Assembly: GCF_000142905.1 (NCBI RefSeq)
Contig: NW_013657677.1
Span: forward strand, 585,167-649,166
Direction of reading: 5' to 3'
Length of the DNA: 64,000 nucleotides
Origin: Thecamonas trahens ATCC 50062
Lineage: Eukaryota > Protista > Apusomonadida
Shown in pieces: positions 18,399 to 28,443 of the stretch (its first letter is position 1; each line of letters opens with the position of its first letter). The notes below the pieces were generated by a model. That model saw only the letters and a program-made list of their open reading frames with translations, ran no database searches and was not told the DNA's origin. Both the position numbers and the translations under genes were made by a program.

Positions 18399-21300
18399 AT
18401 GGCCAGCATTGCCACAGGCTTTGCCGAGTCTGGCCACCTCCCAGCCGGTGACTATGTGCTACATGTAGCCAACTTTTCCAACTTTGTCGGCCGCTTTGAG
18501 TACTCGTTTGTGCGCCAGGTACGTCGCCAGGTCCCGGTCCGACCTCTCGCCTCCAAGTTGCCGTCTTCCATTGTTGTCACAAGGCGACACGCACTGCAGG
18601 CGTCGGGGAAGGAGGGTGGCAGGGGGGGGGGGGGGGAGGGAAGAGGGGAAGGGGGTATGTGGAGACTTACGGGAGTGTGGGGGCAATGTCTGGGCTTGGG
18701 ATGGTGGCTTGTTGTGTGTGGCGTGTGGGCGGCGGCCTGGGTGGGGCTGTGTGGCGGTGTGGGCGGCGGTGTTCGAACTGCTGATGGCTGGCTGGCTGTG
18801 GCTGCCGACGGCGGACGATGGATCGTGGGGGGTGGCATGGGGCTGGTGCGGGGGTGGCATGGGAATGGCGTGGGGATGGCTGCGGCGGGTGACACGGCGA
18901 TGGCTTTGCCGGGTGGACCACAGTCTGCAACAGACGTGACGTGCTCGCGCGGCGAGGAAGAGACAATCTCGCCTGGGGAAGAATGGTGGCACAAGTTCTC
19001 GGTTAACGCGCCGTCGACGTTCTTTTCGCTCCAGCTGGTGTCGTCGGACGGGATCGCGGTCGAGATTATCCAGCTGTGCTCGGCGGTCGACCTGGCGCTG
19101 GCCGGCGGTGCGTCCACCAAGCCGGCGCCCGGAGGCCTGACAGCATCGCGGTCGATCGAGCTGCCGGACGGCAACTACATTCTGCGGGTCAACAACGCGT
19201 CAGGCCAAAAGGCATCAGTGGCGTACAGCGTGACCCGACGGACGCCCGACGGAAGCGGCATGGTGCTCTCGGCGCCGGTCCGCGAGCTGCAGGCGCAGTC
19301 GGACTGGTGGCGCAAGTTTGTGGTCCAGAACGCATCGCCGGCACTCACCTTTACGCTTGACGTGACGTCGACCGGCAACACGTTCGAGGAGGTCCTTCTC
19401 CTTGGTCCCATTCTCATTCTCGACCCGTTCCCCATCGCGACCAAGGCCGAGGCCGGCGCGGCGGTACCTTGCGCCGGCGTCGTCAAGACCTCGAGCGGTG
19501 GCGCCTTTGCCTTTTGCGACGAGACCAAGTGCTTCAACTACGAGGCGAGCAAGTTCAGCGAGCTTGCCACGCTCTCGCAGTTTCAGGCATACAAGGAGCT
19601 CTGGTTCCCGCCGGGCGGCCCGCACTCGCGGTTCCAGCTCTTTGACGGACCGAGCTTCGCGCCGCTCGGCCGGTCGCATGAGAGCGGATGGGAGGTGGCG
19701 CACGACGGCGGCGGCGTCCTCGCCTCGCTCGACGACATTCGCAAGTTTCTGCAGAACCCGTACATGACGGCCAACAACTACACCGCCATCGCGCTGACCG
19801 GCACCGTCCTCACACCGTCGGACATTGACCGGCTCGGCGAATACCTCACCTCGACGCTCATCACCCGGCGTATCTCTGCCCTGGTCCTCGCCGGCTCACA
19901 CATCGATGACGAGAGGCTCATCCGGCTGCTCTCGGGCATCTCGCCCGTTCTCAACTACCTCGACCTCTCTGACAACCTCGTCACCGACAACGGCGTTGTG
20001 GCGCTCTCGGCGCTCCTCGCAACCTCAGACTACAACTTGCAGTACATCTCGCTCCGTGGCAACGCCATTGAGAACCTCGGCGCCGCCGCACTCTCCGATG
20101 CTCTCACCCGTAACGCCACCCTCCTCGCGCTCGATCTCTCGGACAACGCGATTGGGCTCGATGGTGCCAAGCAGCTGCAGGAGGGCATCCGGATCAATCA
20201 TTCGCTGCGGAGCGCCAACCTCGCCGGCAACGCGGTCGGCGCTGATGTGGTCGACTTGCTCGGCCGGCTTGCGCCAAACCGGCTTGTCGACCACGTCCAG
20301 TGGTCGTGGCGGTGTGCGCTCGATGCCCGCGGCTCGCGCGCCAGCGCCGTCGGTCCGGACGGCGGCAGAACCGGGCTCGGCGCCCCGCGGGACGTCGTCG
20401 CCATCAGCCCCGGTCGGTTCGGCGCCCAGACGCCGCTGTACGTGCTCACGTTTGCGCCGCCAGGTGCGCCGACCTCGGCCGCCGCCGACCGCATGGTTGT
20501 GGTCCGCCAGTCGGAGCTAGAGCCCGGGACCATGGCGGTCGCCGAGGCGCTCGCGGCCGGCCGTGCTTTCCTCGTCCCACTTCCCGAGGGTCAGACAGTG
20601 GCTACGATGGCGACCAATGCATCGCACCATGTCGCGGTGGCGACGTTCGAGGCTACCATCCTTGTCTACTCGGGGCTCTCGCTGCTGCGGGCGCTCGATC
20701 AGGCCCGAAGCGGGGGCAGCTGCGAGGTGGCATCGATGGCGCAGATCTCAACCTCGACGGTAGCGCCGTGCCTCGCGTCGTCGGCGCAGGTACTCATGCC
20801 GCGATTTGCGCCGCGTGGCGCCGCACGGAGTGGAGCAGGCGAGGCGCCTACGCCTGCGGCGCGGCTGCAGTCGCCGGCGGCGAGTAGCAGCGGAGCGGCG
20901 CCGTGGACCGAGCCGCAGACCAAGGAGTCGGTTCCGGTAGTCGCCTTTGCATGGGTGCCTGTTCTGGAGACGGTGCCGTGCGAGGCTGCAGTGCTGTACG
21001 CCGACGGCACGCCCGCCATTGTCAGCGGCGGCACCGTGTCTGCACTCGGGTGCACTAGCAAGCGGCCGCCGGTCTCGGGCGTCGTCTCGCTAGCGTGGGG
21101 CATTGCGCCCATGGCACAGTCACACGTCACGCCGCGGGCGGTCCTCGCCATGGGCCTCGCCGATGGACGGGTGGTCCTGCAGCGGCCGGCGTCGGCAATG
21201 CTCCTCGGAACGCTCAGCCCGCCCGACGAGCTGCGCGGAGTCCACGCCGCGGCGCACCTCCGGTTCCTCGGCTCGGATGTGTGGCTGGTTGGCTTTGTGG

Positions 21301-22400
21301 CGCGGAGCGGCTCGTACGTCTTTGCGCTCGTTCATCTCCGATCCGGCAAGGGCGGCGCGGTGGCGGCACGGTGGCGGGTCCTCGGCCCACAGCTGTTCCC
21401 TGTAGCCTCTGCGGCTTCGCTCCGGCGCGCGTCCCAGCTGACGCACGTCCCACTCCCGGTCGCGCTTTTCTCGCAGCTCGCTGACGCCCCTGCATGCGTC
21501 AAGGTCTCGCTCTCGCTTCCGTTCCCACGGCTGCTAGTGCTTGGCTCTTCAATCTCGCCAGACGTGGAGGTCCTCACCTCGACGCCGCACTCGGACCCGC
21601 TGCAGACCTGGCGGGCGTGCGCGCTGCCCAACTCGACCCTGTTCTCGCCGCCGTCGGCGGGCACGGGCCCTACCGCGTCGCAGCCAACGACCCCGCGTGT
21701 GGCAGCGGTGTCGGCAGCCAGCCCGCCGCGGATGCCGGTCGACTTTGAGGACGGCATGCTTGCGGCACGGTGCTTTCCAATCGCGGTGGCGGCGGTCGTC
21801 GACCCCGCTGCAGGCGACGAGGGCCGCGCCCGGCTGCTGCCGACGTCGCCACGCGAGACGGATGAGGCACGCAAGTCTCGTGAGCCGCGCGATGGGCCGC
21901 ACATGCGATACGAGTACGAGTACGAGTACGAGTACGATGAGTCACCGTCGGGCGGGGACGACGATCTTCGGCGGCACGCTGTGTACTCGCGGCGGACCAA
22001 GCCCGGCGCGGTGCAGCGGACCGAGCAAGCGTCCAACTACGCCAACCTGTCGACAGTGGAGACGCTCCACCACCTGCGGCTCGAGCTCCCGTGCGTCCGA
22101 GTCTCGCTTGTCTGTGTCCTGCTCTCGGGCCACGTCCTCGAGTACGAGTTTGTGGTCCGGCAGGAGAAGCCGGTCGACCAGGGCCCAATCAAGGGCGACA
22201 CGTACGATCTCTTTGCCTCGTACCAGGTGGCGCGCAAGCGGCTGCAGGCCTCGCTCCAGCTCCCACAGCCGATAGGCGACTTTGTCGACCCGGCGTCGAT
22301 CCGCCCACCTCCCCACACACGGTCATCAGCGCTTGACTACGTTGACCACGCCGTTGGCGGTCTCTTTGACCGTGTTGCCGTCTCACCCCTTCGACCGTAA
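18399..22400 (+). CDS. Multidomain protein: repeated beta-rich N-terminal modules, RI-like LRRs, C-terminal Nup214/Nup159-like beta-propeller; 5' exon structure unresolved (probable intron ~18520-18870)
   Basis: LRRs LNYLDLSDNLVTDNG, LQYISLRGNAIENLGAAAL and LLALDLSDNAIGLDG. Propeller-like blades VVSLAWG...VLAMGLADGRVV and HLRFLGSDVWLVGF. The segment near 18620-18860 is G-rich and looks non-coding. Confidence 0.7.
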   Translation: MASIATGFAESGHLPAGDYVLHVANFSNFVGRFEYSFVRQVRRQVPVRPLASKLPSSIVVTRRHALQASGKEGGRGGGGEGRGEGGMWRLTGVWGQCLGLGWWLVVCGVWAAAWVGLCGGVGGGVRTADGWLAVAADGGRWIVGGGMGLVRGWHGNGVGMAAAGDTAMALPGGPQSATDVTCSRGEEETISPGEEWWHKFSVNAPSTFFSLQLVSSDGIAVEIIQLCSAVDLALAGGASTKPAPGGLTASRSIELPDGNYILRVNNASGQKASVAYSVTRRTPDGSGMVLSAPVRELQAQSDWWRKFVVQNASPALTFTLDVTSTGNTFEEVLLLGPILILDPFPIATKAEAGAAVPCAGVVKTSSGGAFAFCDETKCFNYEASKFSELATLSQFQAYKELWFPPGGPHSRFQLFDGPSFAPLGRSHESGWEVAHDGGGVLASLDDIRKFLQNPYMTANNYTAIALTGTVLTPSDIDRLGEYLTSTLITRRISALVLAGSHIDDERLIRLLSGISPVLNYLDLSDNLVTDNGVVALSALLATSDYNLQYISLRGNAIENLGAAALSDALTRNATLLALDLSDNAIGLDGAKQLQEGIRINHSLRSANLAGNAVGADVVDLLGRLAPNRLVDHVQWSWRCALDARGSRASAVGPDGGRTGLGAPRDVVAISPGRFGAQTPLYVLTFAPPGAPTSAAADRMVVVRQSELEPGTMAVAEALAAGRAFLVPLPEGQTVATMATNASHHVAVATFEATILVYSGLSLLRALDQARSGGSCEVASMAQISTSTVAPCLASSAQVLMPRFAPRGAARSGAGEAPTPAARLQSPAASSSGAAPWTEPQTKESVPVVAFAWVPVLETVPCEAAVLYADGTPAIVSGGTVSALGCTSKRPPVSGVVSLAWGIAPMAQSHVTPRAVLAMGLADGRVVLQRPASAMLLGTLSPPDELRGVHAAAHLRFLGSDVWLVGFVARSGSYVFALVHLRSGKGGAVAARWRVLGPQLFPVASAASLRRASQLTHVPLPVALFSQLADAPACVKVSLSLPFPRLLVLGSSISPDVEVLTSTPHSDPLQTWRACALPNSTLFSPPSAGTGPTASQPTTPRVAAVSAASPPRMPVDFEDGMLAARCFPIAVAAVVDPAAGDEGRARLLPTSPRETDEARKSREPRDGPHMRYEYEYEYEYDESPSGGDDDLRRHAVYSRRTKPGAVQRTEQASNYANLSTVETLHHLRLELPCVRVSLVCVLLSGHVLEYEFVVRQEKPVDQGPIKGDTYDLFASYQVARKRLQASLQLPQPIGDFVDPASIRPPPHTRSSALDYVDHAVGGLFDRVAVSPLRP

Positions 22401-22689
22401 ACCAATGGCCACCAACGACAACCAATGGCCACCAACGACAACCAATGGCCACCAACGACAACCAATGGCCACCAACGACAACCAATGGCCACCAACGACA
22501 ACCAATGGCCACCAACGACAACCAATGGCCACCAACGACAACCAATGGCCACCAACGACAACCAATGGCCACCAACGACAACCAATGGCCACCAACGACA
22601 ACCAATGGCCACCAACGACAACCAATGGCCACCAACGACAACCAATGGCCACCAACGACAACCAATGGCCACCAACGACAACCAATGGC
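22401..22689. repeat. Perfect 20-bp minisatellite (ACCAATGGCCACCAACGACA) x14 plus a partial unit
   Basis: Identical units seen directly from 22401 to 22680, plus ACCAATGGC. Confidence 0.97.
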
Positions 22690-22792
22690 AGGCAGACCGT
22701 CACAGGCCGCACAGCGCCCCACACGCACACACCCCACCCCACCCCACACCCCCACACCCCCACCACACACACACACACACACACAAACACAT

Positions 22793-23956
22793 ATGAGCAA
22801 GCCCGACTATGGGGCTATGCCGTCCCTCATGACCAACACAACGGTGCTGTCTGCATTTGCCGCCAAGGCCAACCCCAACCCAGCCGACCCAACGGCCCTG
22901 ACGCTGGCCTACGGTGATCGGACCATGCCCAAGCTCCGCCTCGCCTTGGCGTCTCCTGATTTGATTGTTCGGCAACGTGCCCTCATCTCGCTCCGTACTC
23001 TGGTTGTCAATCCCGACAATGCTGCCGCTGCGCTTCATGCTGATACTGTCTCGGGCTTGAGTGCTTGTCTCGATGCCTCGGACGAGCTCGTCCGCTCCAC
23101 AGCTGCTGCTGTCTGTGAGGCTCTGGCCAGACTCGCGCCAGGAAAAGCTGCTCTGGCTGCGTCAGACGTACTGCCCAAGCTCGCCCAGCTGGCAGACGAT
23201 GACAAGCGCTCAGTCCGGGCGGCCGCGCTCGGCGCGCTGGCGGCTCAGGCCGACGATCCCGACGGCGCCCATTCGGTCCTCACCGCCGGCCTCGTTCCGC
23301 TGCTGGTGGACAAGGCCGCCGTCGAGGAAGAGATGCTGCAAATCCTGGCCCTGGAAGCGCTGGCTGGGTGTGTGCGGCAGGACGCTGCGGATGCGCTGCG
23401 GGTCGGCGCCATGGACGTCGCGGTCGCGCTGCTCGGGCACGAGTCGGGCGGCGTCCGCAACGCGGCGGCGCTGCTCATCCTTGCACTGGCCACCCCGTTT
23501 GAAGGCAAGATCATTGCGGTTGACTCGGCAGCGGTGCCGCCGCTGGTGGTCGCTCTCTGCGATGACGAGCTGGCGGTCCAGCCTGCGGCGGCACGCGCAC
23601 TCATGGCGGTGACGGTGTACAACGGCGGCAAGGTTGCGGCGCTCGAGGCCGGTGCGCCCTCGATTCTCTCCGACATTATTGTCGCAGAGCTGGAGGCCGA
23701 TACTGCAGTCGACGAGGCCGTGGCGGCCTCGCTTGCGCGCGGCGATGGCAGCCCTCCGGTCCCGCAGCGCGAGCACCTCCGCGAGCTCCGGGTCTCGGCG
23801 CTCAAGGCCGTCACCACCATTGCCGAGCACCCGCTCGGCCGGCGCGCCTTTCTCCCACTTGTCGACCGGCTTGAGGAGCTGGCGGCCGTCGACGACGACC
23901 CGCTCCTCGCCCGGTCTGCCGCCATTGCGCTGCAGGTCATCCAGTTTACGCCTTGA
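22793..23956 (+). CDS. RSPH14: Radial spoke head protein 14 (RTDR1), armadillo-repeat ciliary protein
   Basis: TALTLAYGDRTMPKL...LIVRQRALISL matches RSPH14 as recalled (TQITTAYGHRALPKL...LQTRQKALMAL). ARM repeats follow, and the C-terminus LQVIQFTP is typical. ATG 22793 lies after the repeat tract. Confidence 0.88.
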   Translation: MSKPDYGAMPSLMTNTTVLSAFAAKANPNPADPTALTLAYGDRTMPKLRLALASPDLIVRQRALISLRTLVVNPDNAAAALHADTVSGLSACLDASDELVRSTAAAVCEALARLAPGKAALAASDVLPKLAQLADDDKRSVRAAALGALAAQADDPDGAHSVLTAGLVPLLVDKAAVEEEMLQILALEALAGCVRQDAADALRVGAMDVAVALLGHESGGVRNAAALLILALATPFEGKIIAVDSAAVPPLVVALCDDELAVQPAAARALMAVTVYNGGKVAALEAGAPSILSDIIVAELEADTAVDEAVAASLARGDGSPPVPQREHLRELRVSALKAVTTIAEHPLGRRAFLPLVDRLEELAAVDDDPLLARSAAIALQVIQFTP

Positions 23957-23969
23957 CAGCCGGCATGTA

Positions 23970-26900
23970 TCACACAAGAAAGAGCGCATGCTGCTCGGCA
24001 ACGAGGTACGCGGTCACAAACTCGACTTCGGTCGCGAGCTCCGGGCACGACGCCGCGAGGTCGGCGAGCTGGCGTAGGTAGAGGGCGAGCGGGACAAAGG
24101 GGGCGGCCGACTCAGAGTCGTCTGCCGAGATCTCGGTGTAGACCGTCGACGTGGCGTTGGCGTTGACGGTCGGCAGCGTGCAGAGCGAGGCGTAGCGGTC
24201 GAGAAGAAACACTGGATCTGCACCCATGACCTGGTCAATGTATGTGGGATTGTCGAGCGCGGTGGCGAGCCGGTACTTGAGCGCCGTGTCGGCCGGCGAG
24301 TCCGAGAGCCGGGCGGCGGCCTCGAGAACAAACGACGGCGTAGCGCGAAAGACGCCGCGGTCGAGGTAAGCGAGAAAGGCGGCGCGGGTGAGCGTGTCAA
24401 AGCCAAGCAAGGCAAAGATGGCATGAAAGCCGAGCGGAAACGGTGCTTGAAGCTCTTCGATGGCGCAGTAGAGGGTCTCGAGGAGCGCAAAGTGGGCGGA
24501 TTTGGGCAGCGAGGCGCTCGCGACGGCGTCGTTGACAGCGGCAAAGAGGGTTGCGCACGCGGTGACCAGCGCGGTCTGGTACTCGGCGGCCCAGCGAGCG
24601 CACGACGACCGGAGCGTTTTGGCCGCCGACTCTTGCAAGTGGTCGACGAGGACGGCGAGGTGCCGGCCCGACGACCAGTCCAGCGGGAACCGGCCTGCGG
24701 GAAGCGCTGTGTTGTGCGGACGTGACCGGATGGCCTTTTTGGCGAGCGCCGGGAATGACGACGTCCGCTTGGCCCGCTTGGCCTCGGCCTTGTCCTCCAT
24801 GTTGAACAGCTTGAGGAAGAGGCGCTTGACGCCTGATGGCGACGGAGCGGTTGGCGAGCCAGACGGTGAGCCGGCCGGCGAGCCTGCGCGGGCGCGGGCA
24901 GAGCCGTCACCGTCGTCGTCGTACAGCACAACGTCCGAGAGCGCAAAGCGGCGCGGGATGGGGGCGACCGGGGCGCCGGAGCGGGCAAACGAGCCGGTTC
25001 CGGCCGCAAGCCGCGCATAGTTGTAGCTAGTGAGTGGTCGCGAGAGGCTGCGTGAGGCGTACAAGTCACGCTCGTCGTGTGCCAGCAGCGGCGTGCACGA
25101 GAGCGGCATGGTGGCAAGCAGGTGCGGCGACATGCCGCAGGCGCGGAGAGCGGCGTATGCCGAGCCGATGATAAACTCTTTGAAGAGCGCCGGCGCGACG
25201 AGGCCTGGCGACGACGCGCACATGGCAGAGAGGAGCGATGCCGCCAGCCGTGCGTCCTCCATGTGGACAAGGATGAGGTGGAGGGCGTGGACGTGCGACT
25301 CGACAGCCGGGCGGGCAAAGAGAGCAGCAAGGCCGGCTGGGTCGATGTGGATGGTAAAGGCGAGGCCCGAGAGCAGGTCGAGCGAGGTTGACGGCGAGTC
25401 GGCCGGGAGCGCGGCGAGCATAGCAAAGTTGAGAGCGAGGAGGTCCGGGTGGGCGGCGGAGAGGGCGCGGGCGGGTAGGCCCGGCACAAGGCTTGGATCG
25501 GCGAGGACAAGCGAGCGCATGGTGGCATGCGCCGTCCCGCAGTCGATGATGTGAAGGTAGTAGTCGGGAATGAAGATGACGAGGACGTCGGCGACCGGCG
25601 CTACCGAGGCCCAGTTGACAGCCGAGCTTGTGGTGAGACCGCGGACGTCGAGCGAGTCGCCGAGCGACGGCTGGGCAACGTTGTGCATGGGAATGGTAAA
25701 GTTGTACAGCTCGGCGTAGGCGAGGAGCGTCACCGATACCTGGATGTGCGGGAGCGAGGAGACCGTTCTCCGGACATACTGCTGCTGGACGAGGACCTTG
25801 TCGCCGGACGGGAGAGTGACGAGCGAGATGAGCGGATCGGCAATGGGCAGGTGCGGGAGAAGCGCGAGCGGGAGGTACGCATGTGCGGCTGGAGGATCGA
25901 GCGCGCGGGTGGCAAGGAGCGGGAGGGGAAACTCGGCGAAGCAGTCGGGCCGCCGCTCGTTGAACGCGTAGCCGCGGAGTACGTGACCGGCGTCCGGTGC
26001 CTTGGGACGTGTCACAATGACGTAAAGGTGGCCCGACTCCACGTCCCATTGATACCAGAGAAAGTGCTTGAACAGCTGGGTCTGGAGCATGGGCTGGGCG
26101 AAGATTTTGAAACCCGGCGCGCGGTCGCGCTTCTTCATGGCAATCTGGTAGAGGTGGATAAAGACGTTGTCGAGAATAAAGACAAAGAATGAGGTCCGCG
26201 TACGTGACGAGACTTTGTCGACCGGGCAGAACTGGACGCGCTGAAACTCGCGCGAGATGACGTTGAGCGAGTAGCAGTTGGACTGCGGGTGGATCTCGAC
26301 CAGCCACGACTCGTACTCGTTCTCGGTAATGCTGCTCTCGAGCCCGTTCTCGCCCACCGTCGCCACGCCAGTGTCGCGGCGAGTGAGGGTCGAGAATCCA
26401 AGTAGCGTCCGATCGTTGTTGATGGACGCACCCACAACCGTCGTCAGTCCGTTGTGGGTGTAGAGTACCTCGCACTTGCCGGTCGCCACCTCGTACGAGT
26501 GGATGAACGTTCGCCGCGCAGCCTCGGCCTCGTCCATCGAGCACCGGCCTTGCTCCGAGACAGCAGCCACAAATCGGGCGTCCATCCCATCTGTCGCCAC
26601 CAGGAGCACGCCGTCGCCGGTCTGGCCGACCACAAACATGGTCGGCAGCGGCGGGAGAGATGCACGCCCAGCAGGGCCAGCTCCGCCGCCAAGACCATCG
26701 CCATCGCCTCCTTGCCCCTCTCCACCACCACCGCCGCCGCCACCGCCGCCACCAGAGACCGCCGATACAAAGGCCGAGTCGGACGAAGCACCCGAGGCGC
26801 CCGAGACGGAAGCCGCAGCCGTGTGGCTCGGTGACGGCGATGGCGGAGCGTGTGACGATGACGTTGACTCTATAAGCCGTTCTTGGGTGGCAGCACCATG

Positions 26901-27092
26901 ATCGAGCTCATCACCACGAGGAGAAGCTCCATGAGTGTGACGATGGGCAATGCCCAAGCCATCGGCTGTCTCCTCGCCTGTCTCGAACACGCCCACCACA
27001 GACAGAGGTGTGGCCAGAGTATGTGGTGATGTCGTGAGGAGGGCCTGGGCCACTTCTTGGTGGAGGGAGAACCGGGGTTGGTACCGGAACAT
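23970..27092 (-). CDS. GSAP: Gamma-secretase-activating protein (GSAP/PION/pigeon) homolog
   Basis: EVLYTH...GASINNDRTLLG...WLVEIHP...RVQF...HFLWYQWDVESGHLY parallels GSAP as recalled (ELLYTF...SCSVNSERTLLA...LLVEIHP...WVQF...DFVWAQWDMSEQRLY). Likely start MFRYQPRF at 27092. Confidence 0.82.
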   Translation of the reverse strand: MFRYQPRFSLHQEVAQALLTTSPHTLATPLSVVGVFETGEETADGLGIAHRHTHGASPRGDELDHGAATQERLIESTSSSHAPPSPSPSHTAAASVSGASGASSDSAFVSAVSGGGGGGGGGGGEGQGGDGDGLGGGAGPAGRASLPPLPTMFVVGQTGDGVLLVATDGMDARFVAAVSEQGRCSMDEAEAARRTFIHSYEVATGKCEVLYTHNGLTTVVGASINNDRTLLGFSTLTRRDTGVATVGENGLESSITENEYESWLVEIHPQSNCYSLNVISREFQRVQFCPVDKVSSRTRTSFFVFILDNVFIHLYQIAMKKRDRAPGFKIFAQPMLQTQLFKHFLWYQWDVESGHLYVIVTRPKAPDAGHVLRGYAFNERRPDCFAEFPLPLLATRALDPPAAHAYLPLALLPHLPIADPLISLVTLPSGDKVLVQQQYVRRTVSSLPHIQVSVTLLAYAELYNFTIPMHNVAQPSLGDSLDVRGLTTSSAVNWASVAPVADVLVIFIPDYYLHIIDCGTAHATMRSLVLADPSLVPGLPARALSAAHPDLLALNFAMLAALPADSPSTSLDLLSGLAFTIHIDPAGLAALFARPAVESHVHALHLILVHMEDARLAASLLSAMCASSPGLVAPALFKEFIIGSAYAALRACGMSPHLLATMPLSCTPLLAHDERDLYASRSLSRPLTSYNYARLAAGTGSFARSGAPVAPIPRRFALSDVVLYDDDGDGSARARAGSPAGSPSGSPTAPSPSGVKRLFLKLFNMEDKAEAKRAKRTSSFPALAKKAIRSRPHNTALPAGRFPLDWSSGRHLAVLVDHLQESAAKTLRSSCARWAAEYQTALVTACATLFAAVNDAVASASLPKSAHFALLETLYCAIEELQAPFPLGFHAIFALLGFDTLTRAAFLAYLDRGVFRATPSFVLEAAARLSDSPADTALKYRLATALDNPTYIDQVMGADPVFLLDRYASLCTLPTVNANATSTVYTEISADDSESAAPFVPLALYLRQLADLAASCPELATEVEFVTAYLVAEQHALFLV

Positions 27093-27828
27093 GGTTGGTA
27101 GGGTAGTGGGGGGGGAGGGGGGGGGGGGGGGGAGGGAGGTGAGGTGGTGCAAGGCGGAGGTGGGCGTGGCGGTGGCGGTGGCGGTGGCGGACGGGCACGA
27201 GGTGAAAGACCGACAGCTGGCTCGGCGCCAGTGGAGAGGGCGACGACCAAGTCGGCCGCATCTAATCGCGGGCCACCCATCAAGTACGTTGATCATGCTT
27301 GCTTGTTGGCTGCATGACCATAGCTCAGCCGAGTGAAGGTGGAATGCCTGGGCGTGTGTGTGGGGGGGGGGGGGGGGGGGGGGGAGGGGTGAGAGGGGGG
27401 TTGCATGGGGTGATGGACAAGCTCATCGCTCCGAGCCGAGGTTAGGTGGCCGGGTGTGATGGTAGTCACTGCGGTTGAGCAGGTAAGCACGGTGGGTGAT
27501 GTCATCATTCATGATGCCTGCCGGCTCGCACATGGCTTGCATCAACAGCATCGATAATGAGGTCAGTCCAGGTCCGACGTCAGAGGTCGCCTGCGACATC
27601 AAAACCCGGACGATTCCTCCCGGACGAGAAGATCCGTTACGTAGCACACATACATCACCACTACATCGACAGACAAACACAAGCACACATATCCGCACGT
27701 GTGTATCACATCGACAAAGCAAGCCTTTCGCCACACAAGTGAGGAGCTTGACACCGATTAATCCCATCGAATCTAAGGACATCGATTAATTACTCGAGTG
27801 AGTATTCGAACAGTTCAACTGATTGACT

Positions 27829-27830
<2 letters not shown>

Positions 27831-27862
<32 letters not shown>
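27831..27862. repeat. (CT)n microsatellite
   Basis: About 16 CT units seen directly. Confidence 0.9.
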
Positions 27863-27869
<7 letters not shown>

Positions 27870-28443
27870 GTTCTCTGTCTTTCGTTGCCGACATTCAATC
27901 ATTTTTCATTGACGCACACACGACTCATTTCAAACATGAAGTCCAACGGTACGTAACCATGGCTAGCTGACACTGTGATTGTTACAGTAAGGTCATCTTT
28001 GGTGATGTGGTAGCTACATAGATTACCTTGCCTGCTATGTGGTACATGTTTCGTTATTTGCCATAGTCAAGCTGATAGAGGTGCTCATGTGGTGACCAGC
28101 TCGCTTTCTTCTGCCTTCGTGAAGGTTTTTGCCGTTGATCCCTGCCCCCACCAGCGAGACACACAGCGTGCACTCCCGGCCTTGTCCTTACGTGCTCAAG
28201 CACATGAGTCATGTCGTTGCTTTGTGTACTACCATCCTAGCCCCCTGTACAATTTCCCCGCTCTCCATCCAACCATGCTCTCTCTAGCCGTCTTTGCAGC
28301 AACTGGTCGTGGTCGTCCTCCCATTGTGCGACCGGTGAACAGCAAATGTGGTCGCTGTGGTGAGGTCAGCATTCGGGGGGGGGGGGGGGGGGGAGGGGGG
28401 AGGGGGCAAGGCGAGCCCAGCCCGGCTCAGCTCAGCTGCAGAC

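Noticed and set aside
18657-18860. Apparent signal peptide/TM segment MWRLTGVWGQCLGLGWW...
   Set aside because: It is a translation of G/T-rich low-complexity sequence similar to introns elsewhere in the window.
22401-22689. Possible CRISPR array or telomeric repeat, and repeat-derived ORFs (MATNDNQWPP...)
   Set aside because: The units are contiguous and identical with no spacers, no cas genes are present and the unit is not TTAGGG-like. The ORFs arise only because the unit lacks stops in some frames.
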